64,000 nt of DNA from an uncultured Gemmatimonadales bacterium (GTDB lineage Bacteria; Gemmatimonadota; Gemmatimonadetes; Gemmatimonadales; Gemmatimonadaceae), in the NCBI GenBank assembly GCA_963851265.1, contig CAWKNZ010000006.1:111053-175052 (forward strand), written 5' to 3'. Numbering within the stretch: the first letter of the stretch is position 1; every line of letters begins with the position of its first letter. This document shows positions 1-10,208 of the stretch, in pieces. Below the pieces are notes generated by a model. That model was not told where the DNA came from, ran no database searches, and was given only the letters and a program-made list of their open reading frames with translations. The position numbers and the translations under genes were made by a program.

Positions 1-1300
1 CAACATCCACACGGGCGAGCTGCGGCAGCTGACGACCGGCTCGGGCTCCAACGCCAACCCGCTCTTCTCGCCCGACGGCCGCTACATCGCGTACTCGGGC
101 GCCGACTCGTCCGACCACTCCGCCTCGCCCGACACCAAGCTGCGGGTGATGAACGCGGACGGCAGCAACCCGCACGTCGTCTCGGGCGCGCTCGACCGGC
201 CGATCACCAACGCGTTCTGGGCGCTCGACGGCGACCGCCTGTACTTCGACGTCGAGAGCGAAGGCTCGCGCAACCTGTACGTGACCACGCCCGCCGGGCA
301 GCCGCGCGCGCTCACGGGCGGCGCGCACGTGCTCACCGTGGGCGGCGTCTCGCGCAACGGGACCGCCGTCGGCGTCCGCTCCACGCCCTCCAAGCCCAAC
401 GACCTGGTCGCCTTCGAGCTCCCCCGCGCGGGGACCGCGACCGCGTTCACGCAGCTCACCCATGTGAACGACGACGTGCTCGCGGGCAAGCAGCTCGCGA
501 CCACCGAGGAGGTGTGGTACACCTCCAAGGACGGGCTCCGCATCCAGGGCTGGATCGTCAAGCCGCCGGATTTCGATCCGTCGCGCAAATATCCGCTGAT
601 CCTCGACATCCACGGCGGGCCGCAGGCGATGTACAACGTCGGCTTCAGCTTCGCGCGGCAGGACCACGCGGCCAACGGCTACGTCGTGCTCTACACCAAC
701 CCGCGCGGCAGCACCGGTTACGGTATGGCCTTCACCAACGCCATCAAGAACGCCTACCCTGGCAGCGACTTCGACGACCTCATGGCCGGAGTCGACACGG
801 TGCTCGGCCGCGGCTACGTCGACCCCAAGTCGCTCTACGTGTACGGCTGTTCGGGCGGCGGCGTCCTCACGGCGTGGATCGTCGGACACACGCAGCGGTT
901 CGCGGCGGCGGCATCGCTCTGCCCGGTCATCAACTGGATCAGCTTCGTCGGCCAGACCGACGGCGCGGTCTGGTACGACAACTTCGAGAAGCCGTTCTGG
1001 GAAGACCCGAGCGAGTACCTCCGCCGCTCGCCGATCATGTACGTCGGCCACGTCACGACGCCCACGATGCTGATGACCGGCGTGCTCGACCTCCGCACGC
1101 CGATTCCGCAGAGCGAGGAGTTCTACCGCGCGCTCAAGATGCGTGGCGTGCCCACGGCGATGATCCGGATGAACAACGAGTACCACGGCACGTCGAGCAC
1201 GCCGTCCAACTTCCTCCGCACGCAGCTGTACGTGCGGAGCTGGTTCGCGCGCTGGGGCGACCGGGCGCGCGCGACGACGACCACCGCCGCCGCGCCATGA
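1..1300 (+). CDS. S9 family (prolyl oligopeptidase/acylaminoacyl peptidase-like) serine peptidase, 5'-truncated
   Basis: The frame is open from base 2 (NIHTGELRQLTTG...FSPDGRYIAY, beta-propeller repeats). Catalytic motifs: nucleophile GCSGGG, Asp in DLRTP, His in EYHG, plus DIHGGP and NPRGSTGYG. Confidence 0.93.
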   Translation, partial: NIHTGELRQLTTGSGSNANPLFSPDGRYIAYSGADSSDHSASPDTKLRVMNADGSNPHVVSGALDRPITNAFWALDGDRLYFDVESEGSRNLYVTTPAGQPRALTGGAHVLTVGGVSRNGTAVGVRSTPSKPNDLVAFELPRAGTATAFTQLTHVNDDVLAGKQLATTEEVWYTSKDGLRIQGWIVKPPDFDPSRKYPLILDIHGGPQAMYNVGFSFARQDHAANGYVVLYTNPRGSTGYGMAFTNAIKNAYPGSDFDDLMAGVDTVLGRGYVDPKSLYVYGCSGGGVLTAWIVGHTQRFAAAASLCPVINWISFVGQTDGAVWYDNFEKPFWEDPSEYLRRSPIMYVGHVTTPTMLMTGVLDLRTPIPQSEEFYRALKMRGVPTAMIRMNNEYHGTSSTPSNFLRTQLYVRSWFARWGDRARATTTTAAAP

Positions 1301-1313
1301 TCATCCTCCCGCC

Positions 1314-1340
1314 GGCACCCTCGCGAAAGCGGGGGTCCAC
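1314..1340 (+). repeat. REP-like palindromic element (GGCACCCTCGCGAAAGCGGGGGTCCAC)
   Basis: Near-identical to the elements at 47688-47750; lies between convergent genes. Confidence 0.65.
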
Positions 1341-1356
1341 CCGTCACGGGTGACGG
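1341..1356. terminator. GC-rich hairpin between convergent genes
   Basis: Perfect inverted repeat CCGTCAC-GG-GTGACGG with no U-tract. Confidence 0.35.
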
Positions 1357-1381
1357 ACGCCGGCCGACCCGCGCCAGCCCT

Positions 1382-2251
1382 TCACCGCTCGAAGCGCCAC
1401 ACCACCCCCCCCGCCTCCGCGTCCGGCACCGCACGCGCCCGGACGCGGAACACCCGCTCGAGCAGCGCGGGCGGCACCGCCGTCGCGTCCGCGCCGCGGT
1501 ACGCGACGCGCCCCGCGTCCATCACGAGCACGTCGTCCGCGTAACGCATCGCCACGTTGAGGTCGTGCAGCACCGCGACCACCGCGCCGCCGCGCGCCGC
1601 AAACTCGCGCGCGAGGTCGAGCACCGCGAGCTGGTAGTGCACGTCCAGACTGGCGGTCGGCTCGTCGAGGAACAGCACGCGGGGCGTGCCAGCCGCGCCG
1701 CCAGCCGCGCCGCCAGCCGCCACGCCCGACGCTCCGCTCGCCGCGGTACCGGGCGTCTCGTGCGGCGCGTCGGCCCACAGCTGGGCCAGCACCCGCGCGA
1801 GATGCACCTTCTGCCGCTCCCCGCCCGAGAGCGTCGGGTACGGCTGACCGCGCTGCCCCGACATCCCCACGAGCGCGAGGGCGGCGTCCACCACCGCCCG
1901 GTCGCGTGCCGACGGCACCCGTGCGTAGTGCGGCGCGCGCCCCATGAGCACGACCTCGGCCGCGGTGAGCGCGAACGCGAGCTCCACGTGCTGCGACAGC
2001 ACGGCGCGCGTGCGCGCGAGCTCGAGCGGCGCATAGGCCGCGAGCGGGCGCCCGCCGTAGGCGACCGCGCCCGCGCTCGGGCGCGCGAGCCCGGTCGCCA
2101 CGCGCAGCAGCGTCGACTTGCCGGCCCCGTTCGGGCCGACGATCACGGAGAAGCGGCCGGCCGCGAACTCCGCGCTCACGCCGTCGAGCAGACGCCGGGC
2201 GCGCACGTCGTACACGACGTCGCGCAGGGAGACGGCGCCCGCGGCCGTCAC
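1382..2251 (-). CDS. hmuV: Heme ABC transporter ATP-binding subunit
   Basis: Walker A GPNGAGKST, signature LSGGERQKV, HmuV-typical LARVLAQLW, Walker B LFLDEPT and VLHDLN. GTG start overlaps the upstream stop (GTGA at 2248-2251). Confidence 0.88.
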   Translation of the reverse strand: MTAAGAVSLRDVVYDVRARRLLDGVSAEFAAGRFSVIVGPNGAGKSTLLRVATGLARPSAGAVAYGGRPLAAYAPLELARTRAVLSQHVELAFALTAAEVVLMGRAPHYARVPSARDRAVVDAALALVGMSGQRGQPYPTLSGGERQKVHLARVLAQLWADAPHETPGTAASGASGVAAGGAAGGAAGTPRVLFLDEPTASLDVHYQLAVLDLAREFAARGGAVVAVLHDLNVAMRYADDVLVMDAGRVAYRGADATAVPPALLERVFRVRARAVPDAEAGGVVWRFER

Positions 2252-3327
2252 GCGTCCGCCCCCGCCCGCCGCTGCCGCACGAGCAACGTCAGGAAGAGCG
2301 GCGCCCCCACGACCGCCGTGACGATCCCCACCGGCAGCTCCGCCGGCGCGACGATCACGCGCGCCGCCACGTCGACCACCTCCATGAGCGCCGCGCCTAA
2401 CAGCGCGGCCGCCGGCAGCAGGAACGCGTGGTCCGCCGACCGCAACAGCCGAACCAGATGGGGCACCACGAGTCCCACGAACGCGATCACCCCGACCACC
2501 GACGTCGCCGCCGCGACGAGGCACGTGTTCACGACGAGCAGCCGCACGGTGAGTCTCGCCGGGTCGAGCCCCAGGAGCGCGGCCTCGTCCTCGCCGAGCA
2601 TGAGCGCGTTGAGCGCCTTCGCGTCGCCGATCGCGAGCGGCAGCCCCACCGCCGCCACCGCCGCGACCAGCAGCACCCCCGGCCAGCTCGCCGCGGTGAA
2701 CGTGCCCAGGCTCCAGAAGGTGATGCTCCGCGCCTGCGGGTCGCGCGCCACGTACGCCAGCAGCCCGGTGAGCGCCGAGCACACCGCGTTCACCGCCACG
2801 CCGCCCAGCAGCAGCGTGAACACGTCCACCCGGCCGTACATCGACGCCAGCCGGTACACCACCCACGTCGCGGCGAACGCGCCGGCCGCGGCGACCAGCG
2901 GCGTCGCGGCCAGCCCGAGCAGCCCGCCCGCGGCGCCGGCCGCGCGGCCGGCGCCTAACACGAGCACCGCCGCGGCGCCGAGCGCCGCGCCGGCGGACGT
3001 CCCCGTCAGCCCGGGCTCGACGATCGGGTTCCGGAAGAGCCCCTGCATGAGCGTCCCCGACACGCCGAGCACCGCGCCCGTGAGGCCGGCGAGCAGCACG
3101 CGGGGCAGCCGGAGCGTGACCAGTACGCCCCGCCGCAGCGCGTCCGGATCGCCCGCCCCGGCGGCCCCGGCGCCCGCCCCGCCGCGCCCCACGATCGCGC
3201 CCGCCGCGAAGCGCACCACCTCGCCCGGCGTGAACGCGAACGCCCCCGCGCACGCCGACAGTAGCAGCGCCCCCGCGAGGAGCAGCGCGAGCGCGGCGTA
3301 CGCCTCGCCCGCCGTGAGCCGCCGCAT
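2248..3327 (-). CDS. hmuU: Heme ABC transporter permease (FecCD family)
   Basis: LRLPRVLLA, QGLFRNPIVEP, EDEAALLG and IAFVGLVVPH motifs with multiple hydrophobic helices. Confidence 0.88.
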   Translation of the reverse strand: MRRLTAGEAYAALALLLAGALLLSACAGAFAFTPGEVVRFAAGAIVGRGGAGAGAAGAGDPDALRRGVLVTLRLPRVLLAGLTGAVLGVSGTLMQGLFRNPIVEPGLTGTSAGAALGAAAVLVLGAGRAAGAAGGLLGLAATPLVAAAGAFAATWVVYRLASMYGRVDVFTLLLGGVAVNAVCSALTGLLAYVARDPQARSITFWSLGTFTAASWPGVLLVAAVAAVGLPLAIGDAKALNALMLGEDEAALLGLDPARLTVRLLVVNTCLVAAATSVVGVIAFVGLVVPHLVRLLRSADHAFLLPAAALLGAALMEVVDVAARVIVAPAELPVGIVTAVVGAPLFLTLLVRQRRAGADA

Positions 3328-3347
3328 CCGCCGCGCGCCGGCCGCGC

Positions 3348-4355
3348 CTAACGCGCGCCGGGGTGCAGCAGCGCCGCGAGGCGCCCCACCGCGGCCGGCG
3401 TGCGCGGCCCGAAGTACATCACCTCGCTCTCGTCCGCGCGCACCACCCGCCCCGAGCGCCCGGCCGGCGTGAGTCGCACCCCAGGCAGCCCCGCGAACGC
3501 CGCCGCGTTCCCCACGCGGTCGAACCCGACGTCGGTCGCGACGATCACGTCGGGCGCGGCCCGCGCGATCAGCTCCGGCGTGAGCCGCGTCATCCCACCC
3601 GTCGAGTCGGCCGCGTTCACCCCGCCGGCGAGCGCGACCACGTGGTCGGTCGGTCCGCCCCGGTTGACCGCGAGGTAGTCGTTCACGAGCTGCCCGAAGT
3701 GCATCACCAGCACCCGCGGCCGCGGGCCCACCGCCCACCGCGCGCTGTCGCGCGCGGCCGCCGCCATCCCGGCCGCCCACGAGCCGCGCACGCTGTCGGC
3801 CGCGCGCTCCCGGTGAAAGCGGCGCCCCAGCACGACCAGCGCCGATTCGGCCCCGGCGACCGTCGCCCCCGGCCGCACGTCCACCACCGGCACGCCCACC
3901 GCCTTCACCTGCGCGAGCACCGCCTCGGGCCCGACGTTGCCGTCCGTCAGCACCAACGTCGGCCGCATCGAGAGAATGCCCTCCGCGCTCAGCGCGCGGT
4001 GGTATCCCACGCTCGGCAGCGCGCGGATGGCCGGCGGGTACACCGACGTGAGGTCGCGCGCGACGAGCACCCCCTCGGCACCGATCGCGTACAGAAACTC
4101 GTTGAGCTGCTTCGACACTCCCACCACCCGCTCGCGCCGCGCGTCGTCCGCGCGCCCGCCGCACCCGGCCAGGACTCCGAGCACCGCGAGCGTGGCGGCC
4201 GCCGGAACCGTGCGTCGCAGCGAGTCACGCCGTCGGGCGCCATGACCACGCGCGCGATCGGCTCGCGCGCCGTCGGGCGGCGTGCGTGTCGCGCCCAGCA
4301 CGGCCGCAGCTGTCGGACACGATGAGAAACGGCGGGCGGCAGGACGACGACGCAT
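3348..4355 (-). CDS. hmuT: Heme ABC transporter substrate-binding lipoprotein (start uncertain)
   Basis: Lipobox LAGC and VGYHRALSAEG, matching the HmuT/ShuT heme-ligand Tyr motif GYxRxLxxEG. The nearest in-frame ATG (4355) gives an unusually long leader. Confidence 0.8.
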   Translation of the reverse strand: MRRRPAARRFSSCPTAAAVLGATRTPPDGARADRARGHGARRRDSLRRTVPAAATLAVLGVLAGCGGRADDARRERVVGVSKQLNEFLYAIGAEGVLVARDLTSVYPPAIRALPSVGYHRALSAEGILSMRPTLVLTDGNVGPEAVLAQVKAVGVPVVDVRPGATVAGAESALVVLGRRFHRERAADSVRGSWAAGMAAAARDSARWAVGPRPRVLVMHFGQLVNDYLAVNRGGPTDHVVALAGGVNAADSTGGMTRLTPELIARAAPDVIVATDVGFDRVGNAAAFAGLPGVRLTPAGRSGRVVRADESEVMYFGPRTPAAVGRLAALLHPGAR

Positions 4356-4661
4356 CGGCGCGGGCTGGCGGTGGTCGAGGCGGACGCGGCGCACCCGCCG
4401 CGGGCGAGCACGCCCCGCGGCGGGTGCGACGGCAGCGGAGGACGCACGCGTCCTTCCGCGCAGTCTACGCAGCACGGAACGCCGACGCTGCCGGCACGAA
4501 CGCGCGGGCGGACCTGAACGACGCCGCACGTAGCGACGCCGCTCTTTCGGAATGTGTGCCCCCCCACATATTTGCGCATGTTCCGCCGCATCGACGCGCG
4601 CGCCCGTGCGCATACCCGCGCGTCCCCTCCTTCGTCCGGCGCGTCGCCGCCCCCGCCTGCC

Positions 4662-5975
4662 ATGTCGAGCGACGCCGAGCGCGCCTCCGGCGAGCCGCCG
4701 GGCGACGAGTTGCCGCGCGAGGAGTTGCCGCGCGACGAGCGGGCCGTCACGGGCACGTACCCGACCGTGCCCGACCCGGATCTCGTCCCCGATCCGACGC
4801 GCCGCGACCGCCGCGCGAGCGACGGCGCGCTCCGGCGTGCGGCCGAACGCCGCCTCGCGGCCGTCGTCGAGGGCATGTCCGAAGCGTTCCTCTCGCTCGA
4901 CACCAACTGGCGGGTCACGTATGCCAACCGCGCGGCGTGCCTTCTGAACGGGACCACGCGCGCCGCCCTCCTCGGCCGCGACCACTGGGAGCTGTGGCCC
5001 GAAACCCTCGGCAGCCAGGTCGAGCGCGAGTACCGCCGCGTCGCCGTCGAACACGTGCCCGCACGCTTCGACCACTTCTACCCGCGCGCCGCGGTGTGGC
5101 ACGCCATCCAGGTCTACCCCGCCGAAGGCGGCGGCCTGGCCGTGTTCTACCGCGACATCACCGCCGAGCGCGCCTCGATCATCGAACGAGAGCGCCTGCT
5201 CGCCGAGAGCGAGCGCGCACGCGCCGACGCGGAGGCGGCGCGCGCCGAGGCCGAAGCCGCGAACCGGGCCAAGGCGCAGTTCCTGGCGACCATGAGTCAC
5301 GAACTTCGCACCCCGCTCAACGCGATCGGCGGTTACGCGGAGTTGATGGAGATAGGCATCCGCGGACCCGTGAGCGACGAGCAGCGCCACGACCTCGCCC
5401 GCATCCAGGCGAGCCAGCGGCACCTCCTCGGCCTCATCCGCGAGGTGCTCGACTACGCGAAGATCGAGACGGGATCGGTGCGCTACGAGATCGCCGAAGT
5501 CGGCGTGCGCGATGCGCTCACGGCCGCCGAAGCGCTCGTCGTCCCGCAGGTCCGGGCGAAGGCGCTCGCGCTCGCCGTCCGCGCGTGCACGCCCGACGTC
5601 GCGGTGCGCGCCGACGCCGAGAAGCTGCGCCAGATCCTCGTCAACCTGCTCTCCAACGCCGTGAAATTCACGGACGCCGGCGGGCGCATCGAGCTGACCT
5701 GTGCGCGCGACGCCGGCCGCGTGCGCCTCACCGTGCGTGACACTGGCATCGGCATCCCGGCCGACAAGCTCGAAGCCGTGTTCGAGCCGTTCGTACAGGT
5801 GCGCACCGACCTCACCCGCGCCGCGGACGGCACCGGACTCGGCCTCGCCATCAGCCGCGACCTCGCGCGCGGCATGGGCGGCGACCTCGCCGTCGAGAGC
5901 ACGCTCGGCGTCGGGTCGGCGTTCACCCTCTCGCTTCGAGCCGTCGCGGGACCGGCGTGCGACGCGCCGGAGTGA
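4662..5975 (+). CDS. PAS-domain sensor histidine kinase (PAS-HisKA-HATPase)
   Basis: PAS (MSEAFLSLD..W..TYAN...FYRDIT), H-box MSHELRTPLNA, N-box NLLSNAVKFT, G-boxes DTGIGI and GTGLGL. The start could also be 4554 or 4578. Confidence 0.92.
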   Translation: MSSDAERASGEPPGDELPREELPRDERAVTGTYPTVPDPDLVPDPTRRDRRASDGALRRAAERRLAAVVEGMSEAFLSLDTNWRVTYANRAACLLNGTTRAALLGRDHWELWPETLGSQVEREYRRVAVEHVPARFDHFYPRAAVWHAIQVYPAEGGGLAVFYRDITAERASIIERERLLAESERARADAEAARAEAEAANRAKAQFLATMSHELRTPLNAIGGYAELMEIGIRGPVSDEQRHDLARIQASQRHLLGLIREVLDYAKIETGSVRYEIAEVGVRDALTAAEALVVPQVRAKALALAVRACTPDVAVRADAEKLRQILVNLLSNAVKFTDAGGRIELTCARDAGRVRLTVRDTGIGIPADKLEAVFEPFVQVRTDLTRAADGTGLGLAISRDLARGMGGDLAVESTLGVGSAFTLSLRAVAGPACDAPE

Positions 5976-6004
5976 CCGCCCGGCGTTCGCCGGTCCTCCT
6001 AACG

Positions 6005-7155
6005 ATGCCCCCCAACTCGCGTCGCGACTTCCTGCAGCATCTCGCCATCGGCGTCGGGTGTACCGCAGCCGGCCTCATCGCCCCCGGACGTCGCGCGGCG
6101 TCCGAGCCGCGCCAGCCGCGCGAACCGGGGGGATCGGCGAGCCGCGCGATCCGCGCGGCGCGACCATCGCGGGCCGGACGTACACCAACCCCGTCTACGC
6201 CGGCTCGATGCCCGACCCCGGCGTGCTGCGGCACGACGGCGTCTACTACGCGTTCGGCACCACCGGCGCCGAACGCACGCCCGACGGCCGCGTCTTCACC
6301 GTGCTCCGCTCGCCCGACCTCGTGACGTGGGAGCCCCTGGGTGGTGCGCTGCTCCCGCCCAGCGCGGACGCGCGATACGAGTATTGGGCGCCGGAGGCGG
6401 CCGCACACGACGGGCGCTTTTACCTCTACTACGCGATGGGCGGCGTCGAAGAATTGCACTTCGAGCTGCGCGTCGCGACGAGCGAACGCCCCGAGGGCCC
6501 GTACACCGACACGGGCACGCCGCTGCTCGACTGCGACCGCAATCGCTTCACCATCGACCCGCACCCGTTTCGCGACGTCGACGGGCAGTGGTACCTGTTC
6601 TACGCCCGCGACTACCCCAACACCGACGGCGGCGCGCTGCCCGGCACCGGGCTGGCCGTCGACCGACTCGTCGGCATGACGCGCCTCGCGGGCGAGTGCC
6701 GCACCGTGTTGCGCGCGCACTATCCGTGGACGCTGTACGAGGCCAACCGCCGCATGAACGTGTACGGCCGGACGTTCGACTGGCACACCATCGAGGGTCC
6801 GTGGGTGCAGCGGCACCGCGGCCGGTACTACTGCTTCTACAGCGGCTCCAACTATCAGACGGCGCGCTACGGGGTCGACTACGCCGTCGCCGAACACGTG
6901 ACGGGGCCGTACACGGGGCAGGGGCGTGGAGCGCGAGTGCTCCACGCGGTGCCCGGCCACGTGCGCGGGCCCGGCCACCACTCGATCGTCGAGGGTCCCG
7001 ACGGGCGCGACTACATCGTGTACCACGCGTGGAATGAGGCGATGACGGTGCGCCAGCTCTGCGTCGACCCGCTGGACTGGACCCCGGACGGACCGCGTTG
7101 CGCGGGACCGACCTACACGCCGCAGCCCGCGCCGGCCGCACGACGACGCGCGTGA
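6005..7155 (+). CDS. GH43 glycoside hydrolase with Tat signal, split by an apparent 1-nt frameshift near 6127-6132
   Basis: Tat-like SRRDFLQ leader from ATG 6005 in one frame. The catalytic domain (YTNPV..MPDP, WAPE, IDPHPF, IEGP, GPGHHS) is in another frame ending at 7155. Confidence 0.8.
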
Positions 7156-7238
7156 CGGTGGGCCTGGGTCGGGGTCGCTAGACTACGGGGGTGCCGCCGG
7201 CGGGTGCCGGCCGGCCGATCGCCTCCTCGCCCATCCCG

Positions 7239-7865
7239 GTGTCCTCCGACGCGTCCGCGCTCCGCTCCGTGCTCCGAACCGGCACGCGCGAACTCCACGA
7301 GCGCACCGAGACCGCCTTCGTCCTCGGCGCTGCGGATCTGACGCGCGCCGAGTACGAGGCGGTCATCGGACACCTCGCCATCCGGTACGCGGCGGCCGAA
7401 GCCGCGCTCGCGCCGTGGACCGACGCGCTCGCCGCGTACGGCCTCGATCTCGGTGTGCGGCGGAAGGCGCCGCTCCTCCGACGCGACGTGGCGGCGCTCG
7501 GCGCCGACCTGCCGCCTGCGGAAATCGCGGCGCAGAGCGTCCCAACCCTCGCGCACGCGTTCGGCACACTCTACGTGCTCGAAGGCGCGACGCTCGGCGG
7601 CCAGCTTCTGCGCCGCCGCGTCGAGTCGACGCTCGGGCTCACGCCCGCGACGGGGCTCGCGTTCCTCACCGCGTACGGTCCGAAGGTGGGCGCCATGTGG
7701 CGTGCGTTCGTCGACTCGCTCGACCGGTTCGACGCCGCGCTCGGGGCGGGCAGCCGCGTAGCGGCGCACGCCGACGCGCTCGCGGGAGCGCAGGCGGCCT
7801 TTCTGGCGTTCGAGCAGGAGGTGGTCACGCCGACTGCCCGCCGCCCCGCCGGCGCCCTCGCCTGA
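7239..7865 (+). CDS. bphO: Biliverdin-producing heme oxygenase
   Basis: Proximal His in LRTGTRELHERTE and distal motif GTLYVLEGATLGG; directly upstream of the phytochrome. Start is 7191 or 7239. Confidence 0.9.
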   Translation: MSSDASALRSVLRTGTRELHERTETAFVLGAADLTRAEYEAVIGHLAIRYAAAEAALAPWTDALAAYGLDLGVRRKAPLLRRDVAALGADLPPAEIAAQSVPTLAHAFGTLYVLEGATLGGQLLRRRVESTLGLTPATGLAFLTAYGPKVGAMWRAFVDSLDRFDAALGAGSRVAAHADALAGAQAAFLAFEQEVVTPTARRPAGALA

Positions 7866-7878
7866 CCACCGCACGCGC

Positions 7879-10206
7879 ATGACGTTGACCGTCCCGCCCG
7901 CCACGACGCCCGAGCACCTTCCGCACCACACCCCGGTTGATCTCGCGGCATGCGACCGCGAGCCGCTCCACATCATCGGTGGGGTGCAGCCACACGGCGC
8001 GTTGCTCGTCGTGGACGAGGGCGACGGGTGCCGCGTCGTGCAGGCCAGCGCCAACGCCGCGGCCACGCTCGGCCGCGCGGGCGAGACCGCGGACGTCGTG
8101 CTCGGCGCGCCACTGGCCGAACTCGTCGGCCGCGAGCACGCCGCGGCGCTCGCCGCCGCGGGCGCGGACGCCGCGCGTGACGACGCCGGGCGGGTGTACC
8201 ACCCGGTCGCCCTCGATGTCGCGGGGCGCGCGTTCGAGGTCGTCGTGCACCAGGGCCCGGCCGGCCTCCTGCTCGAGCTGGAGCCGGCACCCGCCGCGGA
8301 TGCCGTCCTCGGCGCGACCGCGTTCCACGCCACCATCCGCCGCACCATGGCCGCGGTCTCGCGCGGGACGAGCGTGCGCGCCGCCGCCGCCGCCGTGGCC
8401 GACGAGATCCGCCGCGTCACCGGCTTCAACCGCGTCTGGGTCTATCGCTTCCACGACGACTGGCACGGCGAGATCATCGCCGAGTCGCGCGACGCGCACG
8501 TCGAGGAGTCGTGGCTCGACCTGCACTATCCGGCGAGCGACATCCCCGCGCAGGCCCGTGACCTCTTCGCCCGACACTGGCTGCGCCTCATCGTCGACGT
8601 GCACGCCGACCCCGCACCGCTGCTCCCGGCGCGCACGCCGGGTACCGGCGCGCCGCTCGACCTCAGCGACTGCGTGCTGCGCGCCGTGAGTCCCGTGCAC
8701 CTGGAGTACCTGCGCAACATGGGCGTGCGCGCGTCGATGAGCGTGTCGCTCGTGCGCGACGGGCGCCTCTGGGGATTGGTGTCGTGCCATCACTACGACG
8801 GCCCGCGCCAGGTGCCCTACGACGTGCGCGCCGCCTGCGAGCTCCTGGGGCAGGCATTCTCGACGCAACTCGGTCTGCTCGAAGAGGCGGAGGACCGCGA
8901 CCTCGCGCTCCGCCTCGCCGCGGTGCGCACGACGCTCCTCGAGCGCATCGCCGCCGAGCGCGACGTCGTCGACGGGCTGCTCGCCAACCCCGCGCTCCTC
9001 CTCGAGCTCGCCGGGGCGGAAGGCGCGGCCGTGTGTTTCGCCGATGCGGAGTGCGCGACCGTCGGACGCACGCCGCCTGCAGCCTTCGTGGGCGCGCTCG
9101 CCGCCTGGCTCACCGCGCACGGCCACGACACGTTCGCCACCGACGCGCTGGGCGTCGCGTACCCGCCCGCCGTGGAGCACGCCGACGTGGCGAGCGGCGT
9201 GCTGGCGGTGGCGCTGAGCCGGGTGCGGCCGTATCACGTGCTCTGGTTCCGGCCGCAGACCGCGCAGACCGTGCGCTGGGGCGGCGACCCGGGCGAGAAG
9301 CCCGTCCGGGTCGGCGCGGACGGCGTCGCTCGCCTGACGCCGCGCGGCTCGTTCGCGGCGTGGGAGGAGGAGGTGCGCGGGCGGTCGCGTCCGTGGCGCC
9401 GTGCGGAGGTCGACGCGGCGCGCGCCCTGCGCGGCACCGTCGTCGACGCTCTCATCACGCGCGCCGACGAGCTGGCCGCGCTCAACCGCGCGCTCGAACA
9501 GAGCAACCGCGAACTCGACGATTTCGCCTACGTCGCGTCGCACGACCTCAAGGAGCCCCTCCGCGGCATCCACAACTACGCCGCGATGGTCAGCGAGGAC
9601 TACGTCGGCGCGCCGCTCGACGCGAGCGGCGTGGCGCGGCTCGACACCATCCGGCGCCTCACGAAGCGGCTCGACGGCCTCATCGACTCGCTCCTCGACC
9701 ACTCGCGTGTCAACCGGCTCGCGCTCGAGGTCGTCGAGGTCGACGCCCAGGAAGCGCTCGAGGATGCGCTCGACCGGCTCTCGGCGTCCATCGCCGAGCG
9801 CAACGCCGTCGTGCGCGTGCCGCGCCGCCTCCCGACGGTGCGCGCCGACCGCGAGCGGGTCGTCGAGGTGCTCGCCAACCTCGTCTCGAACGCCGTGAAG
9901 TACGGCGGCGAAACGCCCGAGGTCGAGGTCGGGTATCTCGACGCGCCGCCGGGCAGCGCGGTCGCGCCGCCGACGTTCTACGTGCGCGACCGCGGCATCG
10001 GTATCGAGCCGCGCCACCACGCGGCCGTGTTCCGCCTCTTCAAGCGACTGCACCCGCGCGACGCGTACGGCGGCGGCTCGGGCGCAGGGCTCACGATCGT
10101 CCAGAAAGTGATCGAGCGGCATGGGGGCCGCATCTGGCTCGAGAGTACGCCGGGGCAGGGGACCACGTTCTTCTTCACCCTCGGCGAGTCCGACTTGAGC
10201 GCCTGA
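7879..10206 (+). CDS. bphP: Bacteriophytochrome histidine kinase (PAS-GAF-PHY-HisKA-HATPase)
   Basis: N-terminal biliverdin-binding Cys in ACDREPLH..VQPHG, HYPASDIP, PVHLEYLRNMGV, tongue RLTPRGSF, H-box ASHDLKEPLRGI. Confidence 0.97.
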   Translation: MTLTVPPATTPEHLPHHTPVDLAACDREPLHIIGGVQPHGALLVVDEGDGCRVVQASANAAATLGRAGETADVVLGAPLAELVGREHAAALAAAGADAARDDAGRVYHPVALDVAGRAFEVVVHQGPAGLLLELEPAPAADAVLGATAFHATIRRTMAAVSRGTSVRAAAAAVADEIRRVTGFNRVWVYRFHDDWHGEIIAESRDAHVEESWLDLHYPASDIPAQARDLFARHWLRLIVDVHADPAPLLPARTPGTGAPLDLSDCVLRAVSPVHLEYLRNMGVRASMSVSLVRDGRLWGLVSCHHYDGPRQVPYDVRAACELLGQAFSTQLGLLEEAEDRDLALRLAAVRTTLLERIAAERDVVDGLLANPALLLELAGAEGAAVCFADAECATVGRTPPAAFVGALAAWLTAHGHDTFATDALGVAYPPAVEHADVASGVLAVALSRVRPYHVLWFRPQTAQTVRWGGDPGEKPVRVGADGVARLTPRGSFAAWEEEVRGRSRPWRRAEVDAARALRGTVVDALITRADELAALNRALEQSNRELDDFAYVASHDLKEPLRGIHNYAAMVSEDYVGAPLDASGVARLDTIRRLTKRLDGLIDSLLDHSRVNRLALEVVEVDAQEALEDALDRLSASIAERNAVVRVPRRLPTVRADRERVVEVLANLVSNAVKYGGETPEVEVGYLDAPPGSAVAPPTFYVRDRGIGIEPRHHAAVFRLFKRLHPRDAYGGGSGAGLTIVQKVIERHGGRIWLESTPGQGTTFFFTLGESDLSA

Positions 10207-10208
10207 CC

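Noticed and set aside
4551-4572. AT-richer imperfect dyad around a C7 run (AATGTGTG-C-run-CACATATT) in the hmu/kinase divergent region as a Fur/Irr box or phase-variable tract
   Set aside because: Poor match to known boxes, single occurrence, and no evidence of length variation.
1382-4660. Cobalamin transporter (btuFCD) with a B12 riboswitch
   Set aside because: The HmuT Tyr motif and HmuV LAQLW signature favour heme, and I could not find riboswitch core motifs upstream.
7560-7605. EGATLGG instead of EGSTLGG in the heme oxygenase as a sign of inactivation
   Set aside because: A conservative change; the proximal His and glycine kink are intact.
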